From Lama guanicoe (lineage: Eukaryota), in assembly GCA_013239625.1 (NCBI GenBank), contig MU054323.1, positions 11,989,815 through 12,053,814 on the forward strand: a stretch of 64,000 nt of DNA. Direction: 5' to 3'. The notes under the pieces were generated by a model, which had not been told where the DNA came from, did not search any database, and worked only from the letters and a program-made list of their open reading frames with translations. Of this stretch, positions 1 through 13,170 are shown in pieces. The position numbers and the translations under genes are program-made. Each line of letters opens with the position of its first letter. The first letter of the stretch is position 1.

Positions 1-1433
1 ATGGAACAGAATAGAGAGCCCAGAAATGAACCCACAAACTTTTGGTCAACTCATCTTCGACAAAGGAGGCAAGAATATACAATGGAATAAAGACAGTCTC
101 TTCAGCAAATGGTGTTGGGAAAACTGGACAGCAGCATGTAAAACAATGAAGCTAGAACACACCCTTACACCATATACAAAAATCAACTCAAAATGGATTA
201 AAGACTTAAACATAAGACAAGATACAATAAACCTCCTAGAGGAAAACATAGGCAAAACATTATCTGACATACATTTCAAAAATTTTCTCCTAGAAGAAAT
301 AAAAGCAAGAATAAACAAATGGGACCTAATGAAACTTACAAGCTTCTGCAGAGCAAAGGAAACCAGAAATAAAACAAGAAGAAAACCTACGGAATGGGAG
401 AAAATTTTTGCAAGTGAAACCGACAAAGGCTTGATCTCCAAAATATATAAGCAGCTCATACGACTCAATAAGAAAAAAATAAACAACCCAATCCAAAAAT
501 GGGCAGAAGACCTAAACAAGCAATTCTCCAAGGAAGACATACAAATGATCAAAAAGCACATGAAAAAATGCTCAATATCACTAATTATCAGAGAAATGCA
601 AATCAAAACTACAATGAGGTATCACCTCACACCAGTCAGAATGGCCGTCATTCAAAAATCCAAAAATGACAAATGCTGGAGAGGCTGTGGAGAAAGGGGA
701 ACCCTCCTACACTGCTGGTGGGAATGCAGTTTGGTGCAGCCACTATGGAAAACAGTGTGGAGATTCCTCAAAAGACTAGGAATAGACTTACCATATGACC
801 CAGGAATCCCACTCCTGGGCTTGTATCCAGAAGGAAATCTACTTCAGGATGACACCTGCACCCCAATGTTCATAGCAGCACTATTTACAATAGCCAAAAC
901 ATGGAAACAGCCTAAATGTCCATCAACAGGTGACTGGATAAAGAAGAGGTGGTATATTTATACAATGGAATACTACTCAGCCATAAAAACCGACAACATA
1001 ATGCCATTTGCAGCAACATGGATGCTCCTAGAGAATGTCATTCTAAGTGAAGTAAGCCAGAAAGAGAAAGAAAAATACCATATGAGATCGCTCATATGTG
1101 GAATCTAAAAAACAAAAACAAACAAACAAACAAAAACAAAGCATAAATACAGGACAGAAATAGACTCATGGACAGAGAATACAGACTTGTGGTTACCAGG
1201 GGGGTAGAGGGTGGGAAGGGATAGACTGGGATTTCAAAATTGTAGAATAGATAAACAAGATTACACTGTATAGCACAGGGAAATATACACAAAATGTTAT
1301 GATAAATCACAGAGAAAAAAATGTGACAATGAGTGTGTATATGTCCATGAATGACTGAAAAATTGTGCTGAACACTGGAATTTGACACAACATTGTAAAA
1401 TGATTATAAATCAATAAAAAATGTTAAAAAAAA
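1..1433 (+). mobile_element. LINE-1 3' end: ORF2 C-terminus, 3'UTR and poly(A)
   Basis: Open frame from the window edge to TAA at 1108 with L1 ORF2 motifs; G-rich 3'UTR tract at ~1198-1221; AATAAA at 1413-1418; A tail. Confidence 0.97.
2..1108 (+). CDS. L1 ORF2p C-terminal part (5'-partial)
   Basis: WNRIESPE...[11 protein letters not shown]...[18 protein letters not shown] (CCHC knuckle)...[10 protein letters not shown]; no stop codons. Confidence 0.93.
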   Translation, partial: WNRIESPEMNPQTFGQLIFDKGGKNIQWNKDSLFSKWCWENWTAACKTMKLEHTLTPYTKINSKWIKDLNIRQDTINLLEENIGKTLSDIHFKNFLLEEIKARINKWDLMKLTSFCRAKETRNKTRRKPTEWEKIFASETDKGLISKIYKQLIRLNKKKINNPIQKWAEDLNKQFSKEDIQMIKKHMKKCSISLIIREMQIKTTMRYHLTPVRMAVIQKSKNDKCWRGCGERGTLLHCWWECSLVQPLWKTVWRFLKRLGIDLPYDPGIPLLGLYPEGNLLQDDTCTPMFIAALFTIAKTWKQPKCPSTGDWIKKRWYIYTMEYYSAIKTDNIMPFAATWMLLENVILSEVSQKEKEKYHMRSLICGI

Positions 1434-3719
1434 TTTTTAAAAAGACTTACAACTTGTTGTTAAAATGTGAATAATCTTAAGGCTAAAGTAGATGCATATA
1501 TATATATTTGGAGATATATATATCTCCAAATTTTGCTTTAGAGTATTTGATGGTAATCAGTTTCATTTCCCATATGACAGTATAAAGGGCCAGGTCTGTG
1601 GCTGCAGGCAGAGTCCTCTCACCAGCCAGGCACTGCACAGAGCTGCTGTTACTACTGTTTATTGCCTTTGCACCCAGACCCACCCCCTTCAGTCAGAACT
1701 GCCAACTCCCTAGGTGCCTGTCCTGCCCCCTCACCGATTTCTCTGCACTGACCACTTACACCAGTGCCCACCCTGGAAAGGCACAGCCCCGCAGTCCTGG
1801 GTGGGGGTTTCTCTGGCACTCAGAAGTAGCAGTGAGGAGCATCCCCAGCCCCTCTTCCCAGGGGCCCCTTGACTCTTCCTCATTCCCTACAAGAAATCAC
1901 AGAGCCTAGTAGCAGCCCAGAGCCAGCTACAGATCTCCCTGAAAAAGTTCCCGTCGGTTCAGGACTGCCTCCAAAGTGTTGCGCCCTGGCCTGTGTCAGG
2001 CACGGTGCTGGGCTGTTACACAGGGGATCTTAATCCCTTACCACGGCACCAAATTCTAGGTGGAGATTCGGCCTATCTCCATGCAGGTGAGAGAGCTGAC
2101 TAAACTGAGCCTCTTACCAGGGACCCTCCCTCACAGCCTCTCTCAGACGGTCAGTCCCTGGACAGCCCCTCCTGTGCCTTTCTTCCTATTTTTAGTCCAC
2201 CTTGTCACATTTTTGTTAACTTGCACAAAAATAGCAAGGTCCTACTGGTTTGCCAATGCGGAACCTATTTAATTTTTTAAAAAATATTGATGAGTATTTA
2301 CACAGAGTGAAATGCATGGCTCTGAACAGTCCGTGAGCCTGGAAAGATGCATAACCCACACCCTATTCAGCAAACAGAATGTTTCCATTGCCACAGAAAG
2401 ACAGAGCCCTTGTGCCCTCTCCCACTCAGTCCTCACCCTCCAGAGGAGACCGTGGGGAAAGGTGTATGTTTTAGGATCTCCCTGTCTGTTCCAGCAGGTG
2501 GAGGCAGGGGAAGGAGCACTGGGGAGCCAGCGGAGGGAGCACAGATACTCTCAGGGTCCGGGAAGTGCAGCCTGTGGCAAGGGTTCAGTCTCCCTTCATC
2601 CTACTGCAGCAGCATGCCTCTTGCTGTTTCTTCCCTTCCCCTCCAAAAGAAACAGCTTCCAAGAGAGGCTCTCCAGATGCTCTAGCACATCTCCCTGGTG
2701 GCCCCTCTCACCAGAGCTCGAAGCCTGCCCCCAACCCTGCCACCCCCAACACAGCCTCGGGGCTCACCCCATTCCCTCGAGCTCCCGCTTAACTGCAGCT
2801 CTGACTCCCCCTCCTCCTGCTACGGCTCCAGGGCCCCAACTGGAGCCCTGGGGGGCAGCTGAATCAAGTCAACCACAAAACAGGACACACATGGGAACAG
2901 CCAAGAGGCCCCGATGAAGAAACGGGCAAGCAGCCTTCGCCTTCACAGCTGTGACTGCATCCAGGCTCCCCTCTGCATTCCTGCTGAGAGTCTGAGGGCA
3001 TCCTGTCCAACTTGTCCACAAAAACAATCCTTGTCAGGCTCATCTCAGCCTTGTTTATGATGGTGAAACAACCTGGGAACGAGCCAAACGTCAACATTGG
3101 GGGATTCATTAAATAAACCAGGGTGCCATCTATACAATAGAAAACTGTGTTTCCATTAAAAATAACATTGAGGAAGAATATGAATAGACATGGAAAGCTG
3201 GGTGGGTATATTGCTAAGTTTTAAAGGCATCTCACAAAATAACAAAGCGTTAACTGTTGTTCTCATCTGAGTGTTAGGATTGTGGGTGATCATTACATCC
3301 TTCTCCTGATCTGCCAGTACTTTGTGCAATGCGTATGGAATATTAAATAAAAGTGATTTATTTATTGAAGGTGCCCAGCTTTACACTGTTAAATGGGGAG
3401 GAACACAGCATACACAGGAAGCATAGAAATGCTACCACAGCAATTTCATTTGCAGAATTGAGGAGAGTGGCACTGCGCTTCCCACAACCCTCTGGTCAGG
3501 AGCCTGTGGCTGCCTCACTCTCTTCACAGGATCTTACTCCACCCAGGGGCTTGCACGCATGCCTCACCTTTTGGAGGACATTGGTGGGTTTACGCCCTGA
3601 GGAAGGCTGGCTGTGCTCGCTGTCCCTTGTGCAAGGTCGCCAGCCTCCTGGCTTGATTCTTTCCTCTGCCTGAAGAGCCCTCTGGCACAGCTCAGCATAC
3701 ATAAATTCCACCCATTTGT

Positions 3720-4363
3720 TGTAGGCAGGAGAATGGCTCTCCAAGGATGTCCACGCCCCAGTCCCTGGATGCTGTAAATATGCTACCTTGCAAGGCAAAA
3801 GGGGCTTTGCAGGTGTAATTTAGGTTACAGACCTGAAAATAGGTTGATTAGCCGGGATTGGCTCTTCCTCCAGCTGGGGTCAGAAGACAAGGCAGAAGTC
3901 AGAGACATTCAAAGCGGGAGAGGACTCAACCCCCACTGCTGGGGGATGGGTTAGGGCACGTGAAAAGCATGAGGAGGACTGTGAGTGGCCCCGAAGAGTA
4001 AAGACAGGCCCCTAGCTGACAGCCCGCAGGACACAGGACCTCAGCCCCGCCATCACAGGAACTGAATCTGGCCAAAACCCGAATGGGCTCAGAAGCAGAT
4101 TCGTCTGTGGAGCCTCTAGAACGGAATGCTGCCCTGTCCGCACCTTGACTTTGACCTTGTGAAACTAAGCAAAGGACCCAGCAGAGCCACATGGCACCCA
4201 CATAGCCGACTTGCAGAACTGTGGGATAATTACTCTCTTGGCAACTCTCAAATACACAGCACAGTATTATTAACTATAGTCACCATGCTGTATCTCACAA
4301 GGTGGTTTTTTGCTGCACCAAATTTGTGGTAATTTTTAATGGCAGGAATAGAAAACCAACACA
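3720..4363 (+). mobile_element. MaLR solo LTR (MLT1-like) interrupted by a short L1 fragment at ~4230-4295
   Basis: TGT...ACA ends and MLT1-type phrases (ggcaaaaggggctttgcaggtgtaatt; aatttgtggtaattt...aatagaaaaccaacaca), recognised by eye. Confidence 0.75.
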
Positions 4364-5329
4364 CCATCCTTCAGCGCCATCATTCAGTATAAATGCCACT
4401 TCCATGAAGCCTCCTCTGGTTTCTCCATCTACAGATGAGTGTCCCCTCTGAAGCACTCTGCCCATGAGTCTCTTCAGCCATTACCATGGACCACCTGGCA
4501 TTAGGGTTATTTATGTACATGTCGTATTTCTCTCATTAGACAATGTGCTACTCAGGGCAGCATCTGAAACTTCTCTTTATTTTCCTTCCAGGGCATAGCA
4601 TATACCTCATATGTAATCAGTGCTAAATTTTTGTTGGAAGGATGTTTCACAGCCTGTACAAGATGGTTCTTGTTTAATAAAATGAATTACTGTGGCAATT
4701 AGCAATTGAAAGCTGGATCCTAGAAATATTTGCACATATAGAAAGGAATAGCTGATTGATGATGGATACTGACAGCATAAGAAAGACTAGAATGTGCAAA
4801 AGTAGGGTATACTAATTTGGGGATGCTTGGAATTGTGCTCTGGCTGTCAGCTCTGAGATGTAAATGAATACACAAAATAAACAAGATTGAAAGCTGGGAT
4901 CTAAATGTTTTAGAATATAACCTCTTAAAAGATTCAACTTCTTGGCAACATGATGTTTTAATTAAATGAATGTTCTTTTTCTGCTTCAAATGGATAGAAA
5001 TGTTGTAGAAAATGTAATGTAACACCCAGCTGAGCTCAAAAGAGAGAAAGGGAGACCCTCCTCCAAGTTCCAAAAAGAAGAGGGAGCTTAAAGTCAGAAC
5101 GTCAGGAACAAGAGCCCCTGAGAAACCTCACAGTCCAGCTGGGGCAACTACCAGGTGACAGAGATTCTGTTACCCTTGGTCCCCAAGGGACTATGCAGAG
5201 TGGACCCTCACCAACACCCTCTGATGTTGACAGAGGAATGAAGAAGCAGAGTGAATCCCAAGCATCATAAATAAACAGTTAACTCATACCTAGATAACGG
5301 AGTATCATAAATAAAATACTTGAACAGAA

Positions 5330-7420
5330 GAAAAGCCACCAGTGAGAGATATATTACCTGCAAAAGAATGGCAATTAGACTGACATCAGAACAACATATT
5401 CCAAGGACAGAGAGAAAAATAGCTGCTTCCTAGAATTCAATACCCAACTACATCACTATTTGAGGATGAGGGGGAAATAAAGATATCTTTACCAAAAAAA
5501 GACTGAGTTTACCATTCACAAACTCTGACTGAAAAACTACTAAAGGACATGTTCCTTAAAGAAGGAAACTGAACCCAGGAGGAAGGAGTGGAATATAAAG
5601 GCAGTGATGGAAAAAACAAAGGTAAACAAATGAATAGGACGAAACTGTACCTCAGTAACAACAACGACTAAAGAAAGTGTTAAAACAAGGTGACGCTCCT
5701 TAGTTACAGAGACATGGAGGAAGACGGGACGTTCAGAGTCAATGCATTGTAAGGTTCTAAACCTGTTTGGTTGCAGCATATAGATATTAATTAAACACAG
5801 GTTTTTCTAAATACAGTGTGGATGTTAAAAATGTAAAGATCACCTCTGAAAAGGAGAAACAGAACATAGAACAGTCAAACTAGTAGAAAGAACAGGGTGG
5901 GAAGGAGGGAAAAAGCTTGATTCAGCCAATGGAAGACCATGAGAAAAAGAAAGAGAACAAGTTTCAATAGAGAAATACTAAATGAAATGATGGAAATTAA
6001 AATACAGTATTAATCCCAATACTGTAAATACATCATTTTGCCAATTAAAAGAGAACCTCACATTGCATTTAAATGCACACACGCACAGCCATCACATACA
6101 CAGTTTATAAGAGACGCCACTAAAACATGACATGAATAGTCAAAAATAAAGGAACAAAGAAGACCCAGAAATGTCAGTGTTGGGTATGCGCCTTAGAGAA
6201 AAACTCTCACGTGTTGCAGAAGGATGTTTCCCACAGTGTTGTGGGTAACAATGAAAGACTGGAAACAGCATGAACATCCATTGTATGGGGATGAAAAAAT
6301 AAAATTTGGTGTATACATATAATAAAACTCTATATAACAGATAAATGACTGAACTGGATCAAATGGGTCAAGATGGATACATATTAGAAGCATAATAAAT
6401 GGAAAAACAAGTTGCAGAAGGATTTCACCATATGATATTATGGATGTAGTTTTCTTTTTTTTTTTTTTACGAATGGAGCTTTGTACTGAAGAGCAATATA
6501 CTTACATAAAAATGTACAAATCATAATGAACATAATGAATTTTCCAAAGTGGCGTGCACTGTAACCAGCAGCCAGATTAATAGAACATTACTGAGCATCC
6601 TGGAAGACCCCTGCCCTTCACTCTCCTCTAGTTTCTACACCCCTCCAAAGGTCACTACTCTTGTAACCTCTCCTATAGGTTGGATTGTGTCTGGCTTCTT
6701 TAGTTCTAGATTATGTCTGGGAGATGCTTTCTTACTGAAGGACGTAGCTGTAGTTTATTCATTCTCTCTGCTATGCTAGGATTCCATTGTCTGCATGTGC
6801 CACGATTCATTGATGCCCTCTGTTGCTGGTCTACATTTGGTTTTTTTTTTTAGTTTGGAGCTATTAGAAGCAGTGCTGCTATGCTCAGTCTTGGACTTCT
6901 CCTTCAGTGCATATGTGCATGCATTTCTCTTGGGTAGACTTTCACCGTCTGCTGGGTCAAGGGGAAGGCAAACTTTCAACTTTTGGCAGACTCCAAAACA
7001 GTTCTCCCAGTGGCTTTTACCAATTTACTTTCCCAGTAGTGTGTAAGAGTTCCAGTTACTCTCCATCTTATTCACTTTTGATTTTTTAGTCTTTTTAATT
7101 TAGTCATTCTGGTGGTTGATGGGTGTGAATTTTAAAACACACTCATATACAACTATTGTACATTGCCTATGAATGAATATATATATTACATAATGTGTGT
7201 GTGTGTGTGTGTCTAAAATATAAAAACACGAATGGGGAGAACATACATCAGCCTTAGGATACTGATTACCTCAAGGCAGAGAGGAAACTCTGAGAGTGGG
7301 GAAATAAAATGCAAGGCTTCAACTGCACTTATTCATTTTTAAATGTGGGAAACAAATACGGGCAAACATGTCCAGAACTGGGTAGGAAGTCTACATGTCT
7401 TTTATTTTTCTCTCCGTCTT
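5330..7420. mobile_element. Cluster of old, degraded L1M fragments in both orientations
   Basis: ORF1-end-like sequence (tagaattcaatacccaac...gaaataaagat) and L1 3'UTR-like sequence. Confidence 0.6.
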
Positions 7421-7744
7421 ACTTCTGTTTGATACCCTGAAGTGGCTGTTCAGGGTCTGGAAAGAGATGAAGGGCTCTGCCTCCTGCTGCAGGTACTTTC
7501 CTTCCGGCAATGAGCCAGGTGTCCCCCTTACCCTTGGATTCAGAGACTGGGTGGATTGGGTAGAAAATAGAAAGACACGTCTGCAAGTGTGCTTTCCAGG
7601 GCTAGCAGCTAACTGAAGTGTGCAAAGTGAAAAATTACGAGCCAGCACCACCCAGTTGAAAGAGCGCAAACTTTGGCATCTGGAGATCTGGGTTTAAGTC
7701 ACTGCTCCGGCATCTCTGCTGTAAAAGTAGCAGCTTCCTCGCCA

Positions 7745-8080
7745 AGCACTGAGTTTAGTGCTTTACCTGCACGTTCCGATGCCATCCTCCCCACAACCCT
7801 GTGGGAGAGCCAGCATTATCCCCATTTCATAGATAAGTGGAGGCACAAAGATTTAAGCAATTTGCTCAAATCACACAGCAGCTAAGCAGGAGTCCCAAGA
7901 TTGGAACATGTCTGTTGATTTCAGAGCTAGTGCTTTTGATGGCACGACTGCGCCACCCTCTCCCCAGTGCCTCGGTTTCCTCATCTATAAAATGGGTACG
8001 ATTGTAAAATATACCTCATTGGTCTATTGCAAGAGTTACAGGAAACAGTGCATGATAAAGTGCCTTGCAAGTTGCTGTAC
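7745..8080. mobile_element. Two MIR SINE fragments in opposite orientation
   Basis: MIR core: attatccccatttcatagat... and gcctcggtttcctcatctataaaatggg. Confidence 0.75.
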
Positions 8081-8589
8081 AAATGTCAATTGTTGTCATT
8101 ATCAGACAAGGTTAAACAGCATGAGTCACACAACGGAGGGACTTTTTCCTTCCAGCCTTTGACAAAGGCCTGTGAAGACAGCTGGGTGACCTGATGGGCT
8201 CTCTGCCCTAACTGCATCCGTGACAGTCAGCTGTGGGGAGCTGAGAGCCAGCCTCCCGCCCTAGCCCAGTGTGCTGGGAAAATCACATTTGTGTGAGAAG
8301 CTGAGACATGCTCATCAATCACTTTTGTCATTTGTGTCCAAATATAATAATATGAGCTGGTCTTACCTGGTTTAAGACCACAGCTATCTGTAGGCTGCCA
8401 GCTCCCCACCACCCCACACTTCACTATGGTCAAGAGTTTGACCCATTCCTGCATCTTCCCTGGACCCGTGTTTTGGAAAGCTTACTCATGCTCTGCAGGC
8501 CATCTGTCCCCTTAGCTGTGGTCAAAGGCCTGGGAACAAACACATGCTCCAAAGCTCGGTGTGACCTCACTCACTCTTTCAGTCCTCAT

Positions 8590-8740
8590 CACAGCCCAGC
8601 AGGGTTGGTATGATTATTCATGCCTATTTTACAGATGAAAAGACTGAGGCTCAGAGAAGCTAAGTGGCCCAACAGAGAAGGAAGAAGAGGAGAAGCAGAG
8701 GGGCTGGGCCTGCCCACATGGGATACTCGGTTCCTAAATG
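8590..8740 (-). mobile_element. MIR
   Basis: cctattttacagatgaaaagactgaggctcagagaagctaagt. Confidence 0.7.
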
Positions 8741-11648
8741 ACCAAGCCCTGCCTGCAGCACCCCTCCAGTATGTCACATGGCCAGGAGGGCCCCAGGAAA
8801 TATACATCTCAGGGGAGGAAGAACACGGGGCAAACGCCTGGGTCAGTCTGTTTAAGCTCCTGGGTTAGGATAACTGGCTGCCCAGAGAAAGGACCCTGGT
8901 CTCCAGCCCAGCTGGGATGTGATGGAGATGGGGAGGCAGGAGGAGACGGCAGCAAGCCACAGGCTGCCCAGACTCTCAGGAATATGCTCTGTGCTCCCAG
9001 GGCTGATGTTCTGAGCACATCAGGGCAATGGGAAGAGCCCGGGCACCACTCTTCTTACACCCCCTCCTCCAACACTCAGGGCTCCGTCTCAGGAAAGATC
9101 TCAGAGTGAGAAGTCTCACGTCTCAAGCTCAAGCCATCACAAAGGCACAGTAGAAAGCTCTGCTCCCTTCCTCCCTGCTGAAAGATGTGTGTGTTGGGAG
9201 TGAGGGGGTGCGATGGTGAATGTCAGGTTGGAACAGAGGAGGCAGGGCAAGGATGTGTGAGTATTTCTCATGGGCCACACTGGAGCAAGCTCTCCTGAGA
9301 CTATTTCCATCCCTGGGCATAAAATGGTCCTTCCCTCTTGGGATTATATTGCCCCCTCCAGGCAGTCCTCCTGAGTGGCTTCCTCCAGTGTGGCCATACT
9401 GGTTTGCTCTGAGGCTGGGGGGAGTGCAACTCACCCTCGCCCCCTTCCTCTTGCTGCCCTGCTGCCTCAGGCTGATGCAAACAGCCACTCCAGCAGCTCT
9501 CAGGATCTGAGCCTCTGAGTGCTTCTCCTGAATCTCCCCTTCCCCGGCCTGGTGAGGGAAAACCCTGCCCCATATGCACACACTCTTTCTCTTTAACAGG
9601 GAGGATATACATCTTGCTGTCTTCAAAGACATCCCTCAAGCTCTACATTTCATTTCTTTATTCCCTGCAGTAGGTGATGAGCTAAAGGTGGCAAAATTAG
9701 TTTCCAGCCACCAGCCCCCCGTCCCTGGCAAGTCTCGCATAAATGACTTAGCCCCTCACTTTGGAACAAGGGGATGCTTCGCACGTACTGTCTCGTTCCC
9801 ACCTGTAGGGCTTCAGAAGGATTCCCGTTGTAGCCTCTGGCCCTGGAACCTCGGTGACAGACAGTAGAACTTAAGCCCCTCCTTGTCACAGTGTTTGCCT
9901 TGGGCTCCATGGTTTCCATATCTCTTTCCCACCCCGTGTGACTAGATTTCTATCATTTTCCCTGTAATATAACCTAAAGGTTGGATAAGAGAAGGCTCAC
10001 TTGACTAGTGGGTGCATGATTTAGTTTAAACCATCTGGAACAGGAACTAGGCAGCCTTGTCTTAAGCCTGTCTCTCCCACTAAAAGGCTGTGGGAGCCTA
10101 GATAAGTCAACTACCCTCTCTGGGCTTACGTTTCTCAGCTTTTAAACAAAAAGCTTGAGCTTAATGGTTCCCAAGGTCCTTCCAGCTCTGGAATGCTGAG
10201 TTGGTCGAAATTCTACAAGGTCAGGGCCAGGCCAGTTCAAGGTCAGAGATGATGCCAAAAACACTTTGGGCAGTGCCTGACCCTTCCATTCCCATCGGCG
10301 GACTGCTTTGTTTCAGGTGACAAGATTGTCACAGGATCTGTCTCCTGCCTTGGGGACATGTACTCCCCCAGTCCAGGATAGAGACAAAACAAAAGGTCAG
10401 GTCCCTGAGCCTGGGGGGCCCCAGGGCAACGTCAAGCCTCAGGTCAAGGAAGCTGCGTGTTCCAAAGAGCCTTGTCCCAGGATCTAAAATTGGCAGCAAA
10501 GGGAAGGGTTCCCAGGCTCCCCCTCTGCTAAAGATAAAAATATCATGGGCTCGGGGATGTTCCCAGTCATAAATCAATCGGCTCGAACTATTTCTGTCTT
10601 TATCCCTTGCCCAGGGTTCCTCCTGCGACCTCCAGCCATCCTGTCCTCCCATCCTGGCTTCCTAGCCACCTTAGCTGGAGTAGGATGAAGTTCACCAGCT
10701 GCCTCTGACAGCAGTCCACAGCTCGGCCATGCCACTGGGAGAACCCTAACCTGCCTACAGGTGAACGGATAGGCATTCTGGGCCTCCACCAGCCTCTGGG
10801 AGCCTGGTGAGCATGGGTCCACTCTGACAGGTTTCCCCTCCTGCATGGCCTGGTCGCAGCCCATTTTCCAGGAGCTGGATGCCTGTGAGTGACCCCTCTG
10901 CACGGCTGTTTGTAGGGTTTCTCCCCCGTGTAGTTACAGAGACTGAAGTACTACCACTTTAGGCCACTGGGATGATTAAATGAGACCCCCTAGAACATGA
11001 AATTTGGTACCTGACAAGTGGCAGGTGCTAAGAAAGTATGACTTGCCTTTCCCAGCCAGTCATTCACCTCAGCTCAGATTCCCATGGCCGGTCCACAACT
11101 TCAGAGAGCTTCTTTGAGATTTTTGTCAGTCCAAAACCCTAATGCAGCTTCAAATTCTGGTCTTTAAGAGATCTTTGAAGACACCTGGTCTACTCTAAAG
11201 TACTCAATCAGCTCCCTGGTAATTGCAGTGCTGCAGGGCCAGCTGGAGACTATGGTCTCATGTCCAGTCCTCCACTGCCCTCTGCAGGTTTCAGTGCAAT
11301 ACTGCAGGCAGTGCCGGGCACCCCTAACACGACACAAGACCAAGGGCCCACACTTTATATAGAGCTGAAGCAGTTACAGGTGAAGACAGCAGGGCAGGGC
11401 CAGGTGTCCGAAGAGGGCCACATCCTGGAATAGCACAGCGATTTATAGTTCACAAAGCACTTGCTTCTTGGATTTTCATGACTACATGCCTTGCCTCTGT
11501 TCCTAAGCTCAGAAGGAATTCACAGTCATTGTTCAGCCCTGACAGTCTCACTAAAAACAGCTGACACATTTCAGTTTCAGGCCATGTCCTAGAACAGTCC
11601 AGAAAATCCATGAAATGAACCTGTGCAAACCTCAATGCAAATACTGGC

Positions 11649-11654
11649 TTTATT
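11649..11654 (-). terminator. XDH: Candidate distal poly(A) signal AATAAA
   Basis: AATAAA ~1.47 kb after the stop, with ATTAAA at 11671-11676 and U-rich sequence downstream. Confidence 0.55.
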
Positions 11655-12588
11655 TCTGAAGCTCTTCAGTTTTAATCATACTATAAGACAGTCTAGAATA
11701 TTCTGAGGAAAGGAATTTTGTAAGCAAGCGTGTGTGTGTGTGCATGCATCGGAGTGTCTGGTGTGAGCACTCTCTAGCAATGAAGGCTGGCTGAGATACG
11801 GCAGATGCCAGCGTTTGATGTGATTATGATGATTAACAAGCAGTTCTCACTTGCCAACCAGCTGACAGTTTCATTTCTTAGTAATATCAAGCACCGGGCT
11901 CAACTTCATGGTTTCCACTCTCTTCCGCGGCCAGAATCACGGACCCCATCTGGCAGAAGGTTGGTTGTTTTAAAAGTGAAGGCACACGACAAGGTCACAC
12001 TGCCCACCCAGCACCAGACAGTGACGAAACCACCACAGGCAGAGGAGAGCCTGCCTTTCTCCTGTCCTCTTTTCCAACCTCAGGAACACAGGGGCATCTA
12101 AGCCAGGTTCATGAGGGCCAGGTACCACATCATAGTAAGGGAGCCAAGTCTCTGAGAGCTGCAGATCCCTTATATAACTGGAGTTTTCAGGTCATATATT
12201 TATAGACTTTTATATCCAGAGAAGATCTGAGAGATTATTCCAGGCCAATCCTTTCATTTTGCAGTAAAATGAAGCACAGAAAAGGGAGGTGACAGTCTAA
12301 GATCACACAGATAGCTAGGAGTCACGGTTGGGATGAGAACCCAGGCTCCCTGACTGTTTTTCTCTGGCTGATCTGGACTTGGGTAGCCTCATTTCTAGAT
12401 GTAAACTACTGGCTTCAATTGAAGAGTTTTAAATCTAATTTTTTTATAATGCACAAAAAAGAAGAAACCAGCACATCATAGGTACTCAGAAACTCAGAAA
12501 AGCTGGTTGGATTTTGGTCTTGGGGAATAGTCTTACTTTATGCAGCTTAACAAGATTAAGTCCAATCAACCTTGAATTTGTTTCATTC

Positions 12589-12594
12589 TTTATT
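12589..12594 (-). terminator. XDH: Candidate proximal poly(A) signal AATAAA
   Basis: First AATAAA I found on the sense strand after the stop, ~525 nt downstream. Confidence 0.55.
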
Positions 12595-13119
12595 CTCTCC
12601 AATGACCCCAAAGTGATTAGAGGTGTGAAGCTCGCTCCACTGTCCCACTGCAAGTCTGAGTGTGGATCTGAAGTTATACTATGATGTTCACAGGTTTGAA
12701 GAAAAGGCTTTCTGAGGAAGGGATGTAGATTTAGAGTAGCTTTGGTTCACTTCAGAGATTTGTGGGAGTCCTCTTCGAAGCACAATGTCAACACTTGAGG
12801 TTACACAGGCTGTCCAGGAGTTGGGATGGAGCACAAACACTTCTTACACCTATTTCAAATACATGATTAAAGTAGACATGAAGTGACCATAATTGCCTGT
12901 TGGCCTCTTGGGCCTAACAGTTCTGAATTTGCTTATCATTATGGTTACAAATCATATTTTTGATCAAAATCTTCCAACGCATTCAATGTTCTTCCAAACA
13001 CAATCCTGATGAATCACTGTTGTCATCCTGCAACTTTTACAGACTCATGTTCTGCAGGATGGGTTCCATCCTCCATGGAATCCCCAGTGTAGCATAAGAC
13101 TCCAATGGAGGCTCTTTCT

Positions 13120-13170
13120 TCAGACCCTCAGAGACCAGGGTTTACAGTTTGCTGGTCCATCAGTGACACA
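13120..13170 (-). CDS. XDH: XDH exon 36 coding part, ending in TGA
   Basis: ttctag|CVTDGPANCKPWSLRV*. Confidence 0.96.
   Translation of the reverse strand, partial: CVTDGPANCKPWSLRV

Noticed and set aside
46..606. 186-aa hydrophobic minus-strand ORF
   Set aside because: It is the antisense shadow of L1 ORF2.
2312..2917. 201-aa ORF and other 60-170 aa ORFs in the 1.5-11 kb region
   Set aside because: No recognisable homology; they overlap repeat relics or are expected by chance in GC-rich DNA.
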